Shown in pieces: positions 1 through 22,729 of a stretch of DNA of 64,000 bases. Made by a program: the position numbers and the translations under genes. Source of the DNA: the human T2T-CHM13v2.0 reference genome, Homo sapiens; assembly GCF_009914755.1 (NCBI RefSeq), contig NC_060934.1. One strand, given 5' to 3'. The notes beneath the pieces are model-generated. The model searched no databases and was not told where the DNA came from. It worked only from the letters and a program-made list of their open reading frames with translations. Numbering within the stretch: position 1 is the first letter of the stretch; each line of letters begins with the position of its first letter.

Positions 1-129
1 TTTACCTCTCTTTATTCTTACTATGCATTTAATAGGTGATTTTCTTCGGCTATTAGAATATATCAACAGTCATGTTTTTAAATAAACACTCTGTCCAATG
101 GCTTTTTAAAAATGAAATATAGCTCTTAC

Positions 130-223
130 CTTCTGCTTGTTCATTTCCTATATTTTTTTCTTTTCCGTCTGCAGCCCCAGCTAAAGGATCAACATACTTC
201 TGTGGAAAATTCTCAGAGATACT
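130..223 (-). CDS. ANKRD26: ANKRD26 exon 12 (94 nt; SISENFPQKYVDPLAGAADGKEKNIGNEQAE); gene continues beyond window start
   Basis: aacAG / G|GTAAGA boundaries; cumulative CDS 1363 nt in frame. Confidence 0.95.
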
Positions 224-1985
224 CTGTTAAAATTAGTATCAATAATGAGTTTCAATTTTACAAAAAGAATGAATTGCTAAAGATTTTCTAATCACTTTCA
301 AATATAATATGAATTTCCTATTTTAAAAGCAATTAGGCTTAAAAATAAGATAAGCATGTATTGAAAACCAAAACATTTCAATAAAGAACCTCATATATGC
401 TCACTAGATTAAGCTTATCTTTTCATCTTCAGATGGCTATTGACTCTGCAAACCAAACATGGAAGTCCCAAGGACACATATTAACAGACAAAATATTAAC
501 TTACGCGCACAGTTCAACAAGGAACTAATATCAAAAGACCTAACTCTACTTTGTATTCCCCACCAAAAATAAGAGGGGAGCTTCTCTGAACTTATTCCGG
601 TTCGGGGGATGCCTGATTAAGAGGGAAAAAAAAGTGTATTTTAAAAAATAGAATACACTTGCTATAGTACAGCGTTAAACATTTAAAATATTTCTAATTA
701 TAGAAATATTTAGTGTTAAGATATGTGGCATGATAAGAAACTCTGGAGTATGCCCTGTTAAGTATAAATACAACACTGCAGAAGCTGCTTCATTTAAGTA
801 AACAATGGCTTAGAAAAATCTAAATACTTTTTGATACAACTTTTACTGATAGGAAAATGGTTGACTAAAATGAGAAAGCAGTAAGAAAAATTTTGCTTTA
901 TGTTATGTCTAAAGAAAAGCAAGGAAATACAAGATACAGAATACAAACTCTCCCAATTAAGAAATAATTTCAAAAAAGTATAGCAAGCCTTCATAAAAAT
1001 AGAAGAATAAGAACATTTATGTATTAAGCATGTGAAATGTGCCAGGCACTTATTTGCACATTTTCTTTTCTATGCCCTATAATAATAAAAATGATGGTGA
1101 TGATGGTTACCCCGCTTCCTGCTTCTTGGTCATTCTAAGATGTTAAAAGCAAAATGATGAACAGATTTGAAGATTGTGCCCTCTGCCCAGAATGCCCTCC
1201 TTCTAGCCTTTCGGATGGCTGCTCCTTCTCTTCCTTTAGTTGGCAATCTAAGGTCACACTCAGAAAGATCTTCTCTGACTACAGAATTTCACTCCCATTT
1301 TGATCCCCATCCTAACTACAAACTCCCTCAATTTTCTCTAACCTAATACTTTGTTTTCTTCATATGAAGCACTTATAGTGACTTATAAGTGTTTGTGGTT
1401 TACTTGTTTTTCAGTTCCTACTAGTAGAGCATAAGCCCCCACCTTGTATATGCGGTGTCTAACAGCCTAGCACATGGTTGGTACTCAATAAACAGAAATT
1501 TATTCAAGTTCAAACATTTAAAATCTCATTGGGAAGGTCTCAAGCGTCAATTCACTATATTCCTATAGGATATCTCCAGTAACTGTCTACTGAAACTTAT
1601 ACCCCAAATTAGAAATCCACATTCCTGTTCCAACTTTCCCTTTCTTTTCTTGACACTACTGCCTTCACGTTTACAAAAAGTACCCTGAATATTTATTGTC
1701 ACTGGAAATGATTTTGAAAATCATTTCTACTTATTACACTACCACTCAACCAAATTGTTATTATTTTCCATATTCTTCTTTCTCCTGAAATGTTCCCTGC
1801 AGATCTATACAAATATATATTAATACTTTAAAGTACCAGGCATTATCTTTTCAAGTTCTAAGTTGTCAAAAAACAAAAAAAAAAAAACAAAAAAAACTAC
1901 ATTCCAAACTGTTTCTCTCTGAATCTCATTAGGCCGTTTACTCATCCATACATAACACAGAATCATACACTTGGCCATAGGCTAA

Positions 1986-2303
<318 letters not shown>

Positions 2304-2624
2304 ACCTGAAATAATTCTTTAGTTTTTAGATAAACTTAACTTCAGAACCCATACTGATTCCATGTGACTTCTAAGCCTTTTCTTTTCTTTTTTTTTTTGC
2401 ACTATCCTTCACTGGATTCTTAAATGAATCCTGCAAATTAGCAGAATTATACTATGCAGCAGTAATATACTTAGCACATACTTTATTATGAACTGAAAAA
2501 TATAAGAAAGTAGTTCCTTATGGATGTATGCAGAGGTAAAAAAGTCAAGTCAAAGCATCTCTTTATGTTTTAACATCACTCAATGCTTATATTTTAAAAT
2601 AATAGTAACAACCATAGAAAGTAC

Positions 2625-2686
2625 CTCAGAATCCCAAGGTGATTCTATATCTTCCTCTTGTCCTAATCCTAATGCGGACATCATAT
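2625..2686 (-). CDS. ANKRD26: ANKRD26 exon 11 (62 nt; DMMSALGLGQEEDIESPWDSE)
   Basis: gatAG / GAG|GTACTT; family-typical SPWDSE motif. Confidence 0.96.
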
Positions 2687-2907
2687 CTATCAAATGTGAT
2701 ACACAGATATATTCATGAGAACATTTACTATTGTAAATTTTAAATACATAATTAAATACATATACAAGTCTATCTCCATTCATGAATATTTCAATAAAAT
2801 AAAAATAATAGCAAAAAAAGAATTTCACAAGGTTGATGCAGTCTCAGGAAAAAATTGGTAATATGAAGAAAGACAGCAAAAGAAAAATATTTTTAAAATG
2901 AATATAA

Positions 2908-3243
<336 letters not shown>

Positions 3244-3294
3244 CAGAATAGAACTTAAGGATAGAAAAATATTCAGAGATATCCACTAACTTAC

Positions 3295-3424
3295 CACTTC
3301 TATTATTTTTGTGCACTTCATCAACATAAGTCAAATTGTCATTATTTGTTTGCTCTAGTGGAGCACTTTCAATAATATCAATACCATTTTCTTTTTTTGC
3401 AATGCCTGGCTTTGTTGGTTCTTC
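3295..3424 (-). CDS. ANKRD26: ANKRD26 exon 10 (130 nt; EEPTKPGIAKKENG...HKNNRS)
   Basis: taatAG / G|GTAAGT boundaries. Confidence 0.96.
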
Positions 3425-3497
3425 CTATTAAAAACAAAAACAAACAAACAAAAAACTTCAGAAAACACTGTATTTATTCACTTACCCATTCAATCAC

Positions 3498-3961
3498 TGT
3501 ATTAGTCCGTACTTGCACTACCATAAAGAAATACCTGGTCATCCAAGATGGGGGCATAGTTTTTTTTTTTTAAAGAAACACCTGACGGGGTAATTTATGA
3601 AGAAAAGAGGTTTCACTGGCTCATGGTTTTGCAGGCTGTATAGGAGGCATAGCAGCTTCTGCTTCTGGGGAGGCCTCGGGAAGCTTATAATCACAGCAGA
3701 AGGCAAAGAGGGGGCAGGTGTCTCACATGGCAGAGCCAGGGCAAGAGAGCAAGGTGGGGAGGTGCTGCACACTTTTAAAGAAGCAGATCCCATGAGAACT
3801 CACTTGCTATCTCAAGGACAGGACCAATGGGGATGGTGCTAAACCATTCACTAGAAATCTGCCCCTGTGATCCAATCAACTCCCACCAGGTCCCACCTCC
3901 AACACTGGGGATTACATTTCAATATGAGATTTGGGGCAGGACACACTTCCAAACTATACCA
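3498..3961 (-). mobile_element. MaLR solo LTR (MST-type), sense to ANKRD26
   Basis: tgtattagtc... terminus and characteristic MST internal motifs. Confidence 0.88.
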
Positions 3962-4238
3962 GTCAGTAAGACAATAAGCACTTATGTGTCTATCACATCA
4001 TAGGCACTATCCTGGGAAAAACTAAAAATATAAACAGAAGACAGATTCTGTCCTATATTCATCAAGTGCGGGTAGAGATAAATAAAACCAAGTAAGAACA
4101 GAAAAGTATAATTCACTAGTTCTACAACCGAGGTGAATAAAGGACAGTAAGGGCACAAAAGAGAACAGTAAGTTCCACCTGGGAAGCTCAGGAAATGATG
4201 CAAAGATAGGGCCATACTATGAGGTAGACCCAGTGCAG

Positions 4239-4604
4239 TGATATGGTTTGGCTCTGTGTCCCCACCCAAATCTCATCTTGAATTGTAATCCTCATGTGTC
4301 AAGGGAGACACCAGAGGAGATAACTGGATCATGCGGTGGTTTCCCCCATGCTGTTCTCATGATAGTGAGTGAATTCTCATGAGATCTGATGGTTTTACAA
4401 GTGTTTGGTAGTTCCTCATGCATTAATTCACCTCCTACGGCCTTGTGAAGAAGGTGCCTGCTTCCCTTTTGCCTTCCACCATGATTGTAAGTTTCCTGAG
4501 GCCTCCCCAGCCATGAGGAACTGAGAGTCAATTAAACCTCTTTCTGTTATACATTACCCAGTCTGGGGTATTTCTTTTTAGCAATGTGACAACAGAGTAA
4601 TACA
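4239..4604 (+). mobile_element. MaLR solo LTR (MSTA/THE1-type) with 5-bp TSD TGCAG
   Basis: TGATATGGTTTGG...TAATACA; TGCAG at 4234-4238 and 4605-4609. Confidence 0.92.
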
Positions 4605-5044
4605 TGCAGAGTGGGAATGTAAAAGGTTTCTAGACAGGGCACCATAAACAAAAGGATGAGGCATGAAACAACACGACAAATGAGGGTACCAAAGTAATGT
4701 GGTAAAACTGGAACACAGTCAGAGGGAACAGGATGAGGAGAAAAAACAGAAAAATCAGGCCAAACCACCAAGGACCTGTGTTATGCTAGAATGTGAACTT
4801 TCCCTTTCATGTACTGGGGATCCAGTCAGTAAGCAGGTGAGTTAGAGCATCACAGATACATTTCAGAAAGGTCACCCTGGCAGCAATGTAAACATAGATA
4901 AACATGGGGGTTGGGGGAGTGGTCAGGACAAAAATAGAGAAGATTATTCCAAAATTACAGGTCAGAAAGTGAACTGTCACATTTTCTTTGGGCATCCTAA
5001 AAAAAAAAAAAAAGTGAATTGCAATAATAAGATATGAGAAACGA

Positions 5045-7600
<2,556 letters not shown>

Positions 7601-7659
7601 CGGGACTACATTCATTTCTCTAACAATGCTTATACTAAAATTAATTTTCCCTAATTTTT

Positions 7660-13401
<5,742 letters not shown>

Positions 13402-13466
13402 TCATTATGAGGATTGTTGGGGCAGGGGAAGGGTACATGAAAAAAGTTTTTTAAAAAACAACTTAC

Positions 13467-13669
13467 CTTCATAAGACCAGGGTTTGCTAACGACTTGTGG
13501 GAAGGTTTTGGAAGAAGGTCAGGTGATTGATAGGTAGGATGAGAAAAGCACTGGACTTTGATTGATGTTGTAGGAAGGCTTTCAACCACAACTTCATCTT
13601 GACTATCGGAATCTCTATCCTCAAACAAAGTTCTATTTCCTGTTCTCACAGTGCCATATGTTGCTTCTA
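13467..13669 (-). CDS. ANKRD26: ANKRD26 exon 9 (203 nt; LEATYGTVRTGNRTLFED...NPGLMK)
   Basis: tgtAG acceptor / AAG|GTAAGT donor; overlaps ORF 13350..13649. Confidence 0.96.
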
Positions 13670-13761
13670 CTACAGTAAAAACAAAATAAAGAGTAAATGA
13701 AAATATATGTAATTAAGAATCAGTGAATAACACAAGAATAAGCAGTTTTCAAACAGCTTAC

Positions 13762-13822
13762 AATTTTTCCTGGATTGCTGAGAAGCAGTCATTAGCTTTG
13801 CTAAGCTTGGTTTTGGGACATT
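13762..13822 (-). CDS. ANKRD26: ANKRD26 exon 8 (61 nt; NVPKPSLAKLMTASQQSRKN)
   Basis: tctAG / T|GTAAGC boundaries. Confidence 0.95.
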
Positions 13823-15217
13823 CTAGAAAACAAAAATAAGAATAACAAGTTTTAAAAAAACAAGTATCAAATTTGATAAAATAATCGTAATAGATAGTCA
13901 CCATTACTACATGATCTAACACAAAGAACAAAGATTTTGGAGTCACTCAGATGTAGATTTAAACCTCAGTTCTGCCCTTTGCTACATCTTCTCATGGGGT
14001 AAGGATTATGAGAGATGATACAGATATCCTCCAAAGGTTACTCCCCTTACCCCTAATTGATTATTATATAAATACTATGATATCTGTTCGATTATTTTCT
14101 TAACCACAGTAGCCTAAAATGAAAATTTTTTCCTAGGTAGAGTATTATAAAAGTCAAACATTAAAACATTTAAATTAATTACATATTATTTTCTGAAATG
14201 TGTATGCATGATTTATATTTGCATGAATTACCTCTTGTGAGAAAAACTGTGAGCATTTTGTTCTTAGTATATTTTATGAAAGTGGGTTGGCACTGCAAAT
14301 AGTATAGGCTGCTTCTATTCTGTCAAAAAGCTAAAAATAAATGATTGTATAAATTCAGCTCCTTACAAGAAACAGAGAAAAAAACAAAAATAATCCTTGT
14401 GGGGCAATGATTGCTGAACAAAAGCCACACATAACTACATAAATAGAAAGCTGCACCTAAATATGCTGCAAATGGAGACAGACATGGACTGAAATAACAG
14501 AACTGAAGAAATGTATTCTGCAAGGAAACATTTAGGCTGAGATAAATCATTTTTAAAAGATGAAAGAGTAGGGAGAAAAAAAATAGAGGCATGACCATTC
14601 GAGTGTGAGCTTAAGTCAAGGAAGAAAAGGAAAGGCTTTAAGTATACTAAGGCACACTGAGAAACACAGACCTGTAACAGACTTTTGTTCATAGGATATC
14701 CCTGATAATACTGATTAGTATTTACAACCAGTTTTTTAAAAAATACTTCTGTAGTAAACAGTTTAATTTTAAGTCATCCAATTAGTTAAAAATGATCATC
14801 TACTACTACCTGAAAGCTGTAACATTCTTACTACAGAGAGAGAAAAATGGAAAAAGATTTTAAAATCATAGTAGGAGTGCTTATCCATATAAACTTTGAC
14901 CAAATTTCATATTTCCTCTATTGTAGGAAAACTTTTCCCAATATAATTTTCCTGTCACTATGTATTTTCCAGTATATTCTTTTTTTTGCAATCCCCACTC
15001 CCTCAAAGTACTTATCAATCCTTTGTTATTTACCAAAGTAAAAAAAAAAAAAAAAAAAGAATTCAACTGGCCATATTTCTATAAAATGGCTTCCCCTGAC
15101 CACCTTTCCATTACAAACAGAAAACAATGATAAGTAGACCACTGCAAAATTTTAAGAGAATACTATACGAAACTAGATTCAGAGTAAGAAAATTAAGTTC
15201 ATGAGAGAGCACTTTAC

Positions 15218-15290
15218 CTTAGTATCAAAATTGAGGTCTTCGTCATCTGAGGTAGGCCATGAATCATCAACACCCGGTTTGCCAGAAAGC
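15218..15290 (-). CDS. ANKRD26: ANKRD26 exon 7 (73 nt; LSGKPGVDDSWPTSDDEDLNFDTK)
   Basis: aaAG acceptor / AAG|GTAAAG donor; phases close. Confidence 0.95.
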
Positions 15291-15705
15291 CTTTAGAACA
15301 AAAATATAGAAAAATGAGTGAATTCCTTTCTTTAAAAACAAAACAAAAACCAGCTTACAATTTTCAATCTGGATGCCCCCTCCAAAAAAACAAAAACCTG
15401 GTGAAAGGTCAACTGTCTGCATATTAAATGATGTTTCTTGATCTAATTAAAATTTGATCTTGTTTTTGAAAAATATTTTAGTTACCAATTGCTGCCTCTA
15501 CCTCTCCGAAACTATAAAATATTCGATAAAGACTCAACCTTAGTTCTATAACTAATAGTGACAGCCAAGATAATGGCAGAACCTGGGAATACTTTGTCTT
15601 CACAAATTGTCCCGAAGGCTGAACTGAAAATCCAATTAATGGCTGATATAACTTTCGTTACCTGAACCAGCACAAACCTGATAATCTAAAACAAGGTGGA
15701 GATCA

Positions 15706-16034
<329 letters not shown>

Positions 16035-16123
16035 TCAGCACTTTGGGAGGCCGAGGCGGGCAGATCACGAGGTCAGGAGTTCAAGGCCAGTCTGACCAAC
16101 ATAGTGAAACTCTGTCTCTACTA

Positions 16124-16369
<246 letters not shown>

Positions 16370-17852
16370 CTATCTATCTCCATTTCAAAGACTAATATGT
16401 GTCACTCAAAAATGGCAGTCTTGGTTCTTCAACATGAAAACCACTTAAGGCCTCATTGCTTCCCTTCACCCTAAAACAGTATAAGGAGTCCCCTGAAATG
16501 TGTGAAATGTTTGAAAGCTAGATGGGCAAAAGTCAAAACACATACGTATATGCTGTTATTGGGACTACTCACCCCAGAAATATTAAAACATTAAAAGTTA
16601 TAAAATCCAATTATTTTCCCTATAGAGGTCCTGCCTTAAACTAGCAAGCCCTTAAAAATCTTTACAGGCACTCAGATACCTAAAGAGAAAGAATGCTGGA
16701 GAAAGAGTCCTGGTAGTTGTACCTATATTTCCCTAAGTACTATCTAAACACCTTCCTTCCTATAAGCTCCCACTTACAGATCCCTCTTCTGCAGGGCTCC
16801 ATAGCATCTCCAACCTTTAAGTCTTCAGCCTATGAAGGCACAAATTCCTGAAAGGATGGTCTCAAATGCCCAAGAGTAGAAGCTCTCTATATCTCTGCTC
16901 CTGGAAAACAAGCTAAATGGAGTCTCTGTCATCTGCCAGCAGCACAGGCATGTTAACAACTACCCAACTCCATGATTTGGGTTGCTCCATGACTGACTTG
17001 CCAGCTAATCCTACCCCTGCCCTACCCTACATGTCCATGAGAAGGACATCAGAGAATTGGGAAAGGAGGCAGAGGTGAGGGGACACCTGCCCTGGGCCAC
17101 AGATCTATGTAGTTCAGCAGCCTCCAGCTCCAAAGTACTTGAGGGGCTCAAAGCCACCGATAAGTTGAGGCAGAAGTAGTTATAGTACATTCCTACTGGC
17201 TGTAGAGACTCTTCCCAGTGGCTCAAATTATTTTAACATTTTTCAGTAGAAACCTTGAGAGTTTGTCAGTTCCTCCAATTATATAAAAAAGCAACAACCT
17301 GTTCAGGACTCCCCTGAACCCCCTATTTTAATATGCCTTTCTAGATAATTCCAAACATCCTGTATCCTTCATTCCAGTAATTTATCATTATCGAACTTGT
17401 CAAAAACCCCAATATTCTGATCTCTTTTCCAAAAGCCCGGTTCCTATCCAACCCAGTGCTGTTTCTCTTCAAACCTGGCCTTCCTCTGCTAATTCCATTC
17501 TTTCCTTTTCCGCTGGGTTCACTAGATCCACTCACCCTTTCTATTATTAAAATATTAACCTGTAGGATGATAAAGAAGGAAGAGTACTGGGCTCTGAAAT
17601 TAGTTTGAATATCATATCCAAATAAATCCCCTTAATCTCTTTGAGTTTCAGGTTCTCCATCTGAACCATTTGACCAAGATGTTAAACACAGATTGAAGTA
17701 CTAGATGGCATTCTGATTAGTCTGATTCCTTAAAATCCTGAAATTCTAGGTGCTTTTGATTCTGTTGATAGGAAAATGAGGAATACTTAGCTGGCAGAAA
17801 TGGAAAAAAATAATAGGAACACAGTTGGCTGGATAAAGAAAATGTGGTATAA

Positions 17853-18045
<193 letters not shown>

Positions 18046-18923
18046 TAGTAGAGACAGGGTTTCACCGTGTTAGCCAGGCTGGTCTCGATCTCCTGACTTT
18101 GTGATATGCCCACCTTGGCCTCCCAAAGTGCTGGGATTACAGTTGTGAGCCACCACGCCCAGCCCTATGCAGTTATTTAAAAAAAAAAAAAAAAAAAGAG
18201 AGAGAGAAACAAAATCATATCCTTTCCAGCAACTCAGATGGAGCTAGAGTACTAGCCTAAAGGGAAAACCAAACTGGGAAGTCAGTAGGTAGAGAAATAA
18301 ACCAGAAATATCCTCTAGCTGGATGCTAAATATAATTAACACAATATGGTCTATAGGTAAATAGTTTTCACTTACAGTAAAATAATTCCTTTATAGGACT
18401 TGTGTGGTCTGCTTATGTAAAATGTATGGCCCTGTGGCCACAGCTAAGTGAGATCTGGCCTAAAACCTTTGATGATAAAGTCAAAGTACTAATTACCACT
18501 GCAATTATCAAGCATATTAGGACAAATTGTTGGACTAACCAGGCTCCTAAGAAAAACTCTGAGAGTTAACATAGAACTAAATGTAGGTCTCTGAATTGAT
18601 CTGATTTGGACCTGTACCTTGATCCAGCGCCGCACAGGTCTCTATCAATCTATGCTGAGGGGCAAGAGAAGGGATTTGGGAGCCAAGCAGGCTGATGGTC
18701 AAATCATGGGTCAGCTGCTTGCTCACTGTGAGGTCATGGGCCAATTAATCAACCTCTCTGAACCACACAGTTGGGTTGTAATATAGCACAGATACTTTGC
18801 AAAGCTGTTGGGACAACTATATGGAGAAGCACATAATACGGTGTCTACCCAGAGTAGGGCACTCAACAGTTTCTTTTCTCTGTATTCCTTTAAATATATT
18901 TTTAAAAATCTGTAAAATACTAC

Positions 18924-18954
18924 CTGCTTAAGGAGTCTTCAGAGCTTTCATCCA
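18924..18954 (-). CDS. ANKRD26: ANKRD26 exon 6 (31-nt microexon; VDESSEDSLSR)
   Basis: long pyrimidine tract + taatAG; AG|GTAGTA donor; phase 1 to 2 bridges exons 5 and 7. Confidence 0.93.
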
Positions 18955-19887
18955 CTATTAAAGAGAAAAGTAAAACACACTTTAAATCAACAATAGAAAA
19001 ATATATAAAATTTAAAGCATAAGACTGATAGTTTGTTACAAAGTATCCCTCTGGGACCATATCTGGAGACTATAATAGAATTAATATCCTCTATAAATAT
19101 TCCATTATACTCACATGTATAGAAAAAAGTTAATCTTCCCTGCAGACCTGCCACTCTTCTCTACTCACCTGACAATTTCCTACTCCTCATGTCCAGTTTA
19201 AATGCTTGTGCACAACCTGGAAACCTAGGAATCAGCTGAGATTTCTCTCTGCCCCCTAACTTTTTACACTCAATAATCACTAAATCCTATTAACTGTACC
19301 TCTCTTCTGCCTTTGCCTTACATTTCCACTACTCCTGGAAATATAAACATATTTACTTAATGTGTTATTTACTTAATATAATATTTACTTAATATGTTTA
19401 TATTTCCTAGTTAAACATGCACTCTTAACTGATAGCTTTCACAAGGAAAAAAAACCCATGCACTCTTAATGTTATTTCTTAAATGAAAAAAAAAATTTAA
19501 GCAAAACTAATAAAAAAGTTATAACATGAAGAAAAAGACCAACATTTTAAAATAAATAAACTGGCCAGGTATGGTGCCTCATGCCTATAATCCCAGCACT
19601 TTGGGAGGCCAAGGCAGGAGGATCACTTCAGGCCAGGAGTTTGAGACCAGCCTGGCCTAACATAGTGAGACCTCATCTCTAAAAGAATAAATAAAATGAA
19701 ATAAAATAAAATTAATAAACTGAGCTTCCTAACTTTATGTATTTCACCATGGATGGTGAGAACCTCATAATGGATAAATACTAGTCCAAGGATTAGTGAC
19801 AAAAAAACTATGGCTTTAACTACTGCAAAAGCTTCCTTGTTTCCCAATCCCTTTACATGGTTACCTTCCATCTATCCTGTATATAAG

Positions 19888-20050
19888 AGGCCAGCAAACT
19901 AGAGGCCACAAGCCAAATCCAGCCAGCCATACGGTTTTGTAAATAAAGGTTTACGGAAGCACAGTCATGTTATTCACTTACATATTATTTATGACTGCTT
20001 TCACATTACAATGGCAGGGTTGCATAGCTATGACCTAAGTTGCATAGCAC
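19888..20050 (+). mobile_element. MER58-like hAT fragment
   Basis: cagcaaact...ggccacaagccaaatccagcc...ttttgtaaataaag motif. Confidence 0.65.
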
Positions 20051-20691
20051 CTAGGCCGGGTGCAGTGGCCCATGCCTGTTATCCCAGCACTTTGGGAGGC
20101 TGAGGCGGGCAGAACATGAGGCCAGGAGTTCAAGACCAGCCTGAGCAACATGGAGAAACCCCGTCTCTACTAAAAGTACAAAAAGTAGCCAGGCATGGTA
20201 GCACGCACCTGTGATCCCAGCTACTCAGGAGGCTGAGGCAGGAGAATCGCTTGAACCCAGAAGGCGGAGGTTGCAGTGAGCCTAGCCAAGATCACACCAC
20301 TGCACTCCAGCCTGGGCAACAAGAGCAAAACTACACCTCAAAAAAAAAAAAAAAAAGAAAAAAGAAATAAAATGTTTGCATTCTGTAACATTAGAAAAAT
20401 GCTTAGTATCTAAAAGATACTTGACAGTTATTTGCTAAGTAAACAATTATAGAAATCAATTAAAATACTTTCATTGAAAAAACACAAATGAAATAGAACA
20501 GCTCTATTCTATTATGAAAACTTTAAAGACCAAAACTAATCTGTTCCATATTCATATTTCTTGCAACTTGCAAAACCTAACCTATGAAAGTTCTTTGATA
20601 AATATGTACCAAATTAAATGTGTCTTCATGCAGTTCAGATTATAAAATGCATTTGGTGTCACATCCAGGTAGCATAGTAGCATTTTTGTTA

Positions 20692-20991
<300 letters not shown>

Positions 20992-21164
20992 TCAAAAAAA
21001 AAAAAAAAAATTTCTGTACTTACTTTTTTTTTCCTGTTTTTTTTTAGAGTCTCCCATTGGACATTTTTGTACTTTCATTATAATTTGTTGAGCGCAGAGT
21101 TGAGATATTTGAATATTCATTATGATAATCTTTTGGCTAATGATAACAGAGTGTTTCATTCTAG

Positions 21165-21348
<184 letters not shown>

Positions 21349-21821
21349 TAGCTGGGGTTACAGGTGTGCGCCACCACGCCCAGCTAATTTTTGTATTTTT
21401 AGTAGAGACGGGGTTTCACCATGTTGGCCAGGCTGGTCTCGAACTCCTGACCTCATAATCCACCCGCCTCGGCCTCCCAAAGTGCTGGGATTACAGGCGT
21501 GAGCCACCGCACCTGGCCAGAAGAACACATCTTGTTCTAACGAAGTAAATGTATCTCATTCTATTTCAACTTAGGCTGAATAAAGTCAGTAATAATAAGA
21601 TTTTGTTGGTATAAGAATAAGTAACATGACTTGTGCTTCTCAACAAGGAATTGTTTTTCTGACTTCTGTATTCAGTATCTTTAAAAAATAATTTCCTATT
21701 GGTATTGGTGCACACTGGCTAAGTTCTGCAGTTCTTATTGCCATTTGTTTATGGTACCAGAAAGGTACTGTTGAGTTCCCCCTTTTAAAGATAGTTAATT
21801 TTTAGTGACCCAAATCACTAT

Positions 21822-22253
21822 GTAATGACCCTTGAACAATATAGGTTTGAACTGCACAAATCCACCTATATGTGGATTTTCTTCATCTCTGCCACCCCAA
21901 GACAGCAGGACCAACCTCTCATCTTCCTCTTATTTCTCAGCCTACTCAACATGATGACAACCAGGATGAAGACCTCTATGATAATCAACTTCCACTCAAT
22001 GAGTAGTAAATACATTTCTTCTTCTTTAATGATTTTCTTAATCATAATTTCTTTCTTGTAGCTTACTTTACTACAATACATTATATAATACATATACATA
22101 ATACATGTTAATTGACTATTTATATTATCATAAGGCTTGCAGTCAACAGTAGGCAATTAGTAGTTAAGTTTTGGGGGACTTGAAAGTTAGTGCAGATTTT
22201 CAGCTGCACAGGGATCACCAGTCCTAATATGCACGTTGCTCAAGGGACAACTG
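21822..22253 (+). mobile_element. Tigger2a/MER28-type DNA transposon (non-autonomous)
   Basis: Terminal inverted repeats (tgacccttgaacaa ... caagggacaactg) followed by TA. Confidence 0.85.
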
Positions 22254-22658
22254 TAATTAATATTCATTTAATAAACACAAACCATTTATTATAAAAATTA
22301 AATAGAAGATCCATTTTTTATAACAAGTCTAGTTCATTATAATGTAATTATAAAGGAAACACATAACATACTAACTTAAACACCTTTTTTATTTATACAA
22401 AAATTTCATATAGGAATTTAGGGATGATAATTAAGTAAATGAATTTTTTTCAGATAGTACCATTTGGCATCATAAATATCTACATGTAACTTCTTAAATA
22501 ATTCTGAATTCTAGATTACCAAGAGAAATTAAGAAAAAATACACATGCACCTTATACACTGATTTTTTAAACTGCTTTTCTGTGATCAACACTTCCTTAC
22601 TTTTACTTTTTTATCCATGGTACTATTACCAAGAGAAATTCACTATTGGAAGTCTTAC

Positions 22659-22729
22659 CTGAATTACTATTTTGAGAAGAATGTTTAGGTATCCTTTCTT
22701 CTTTATATTCTGAAATTAGTTGGTGACTG
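22659..22729 (-). CDS. ANKRD26: ANKRD26 exon 5 (71 nt; SHQLISEYKEERIPKHSSQNSNS)
   Basis: catAG / G|GTAAGA boundaries; frame continuous with exon 4. Confidence 0.96.

Noticed and set aside
19163-19171. Perfect minus-strand donor CAG|GTGAGT upstream of exon 6 (others near 17536 and 504)
   Set aside because: No convincing paired acceptor or frame; isolated consensus sites are expected by chance in 64 kb.
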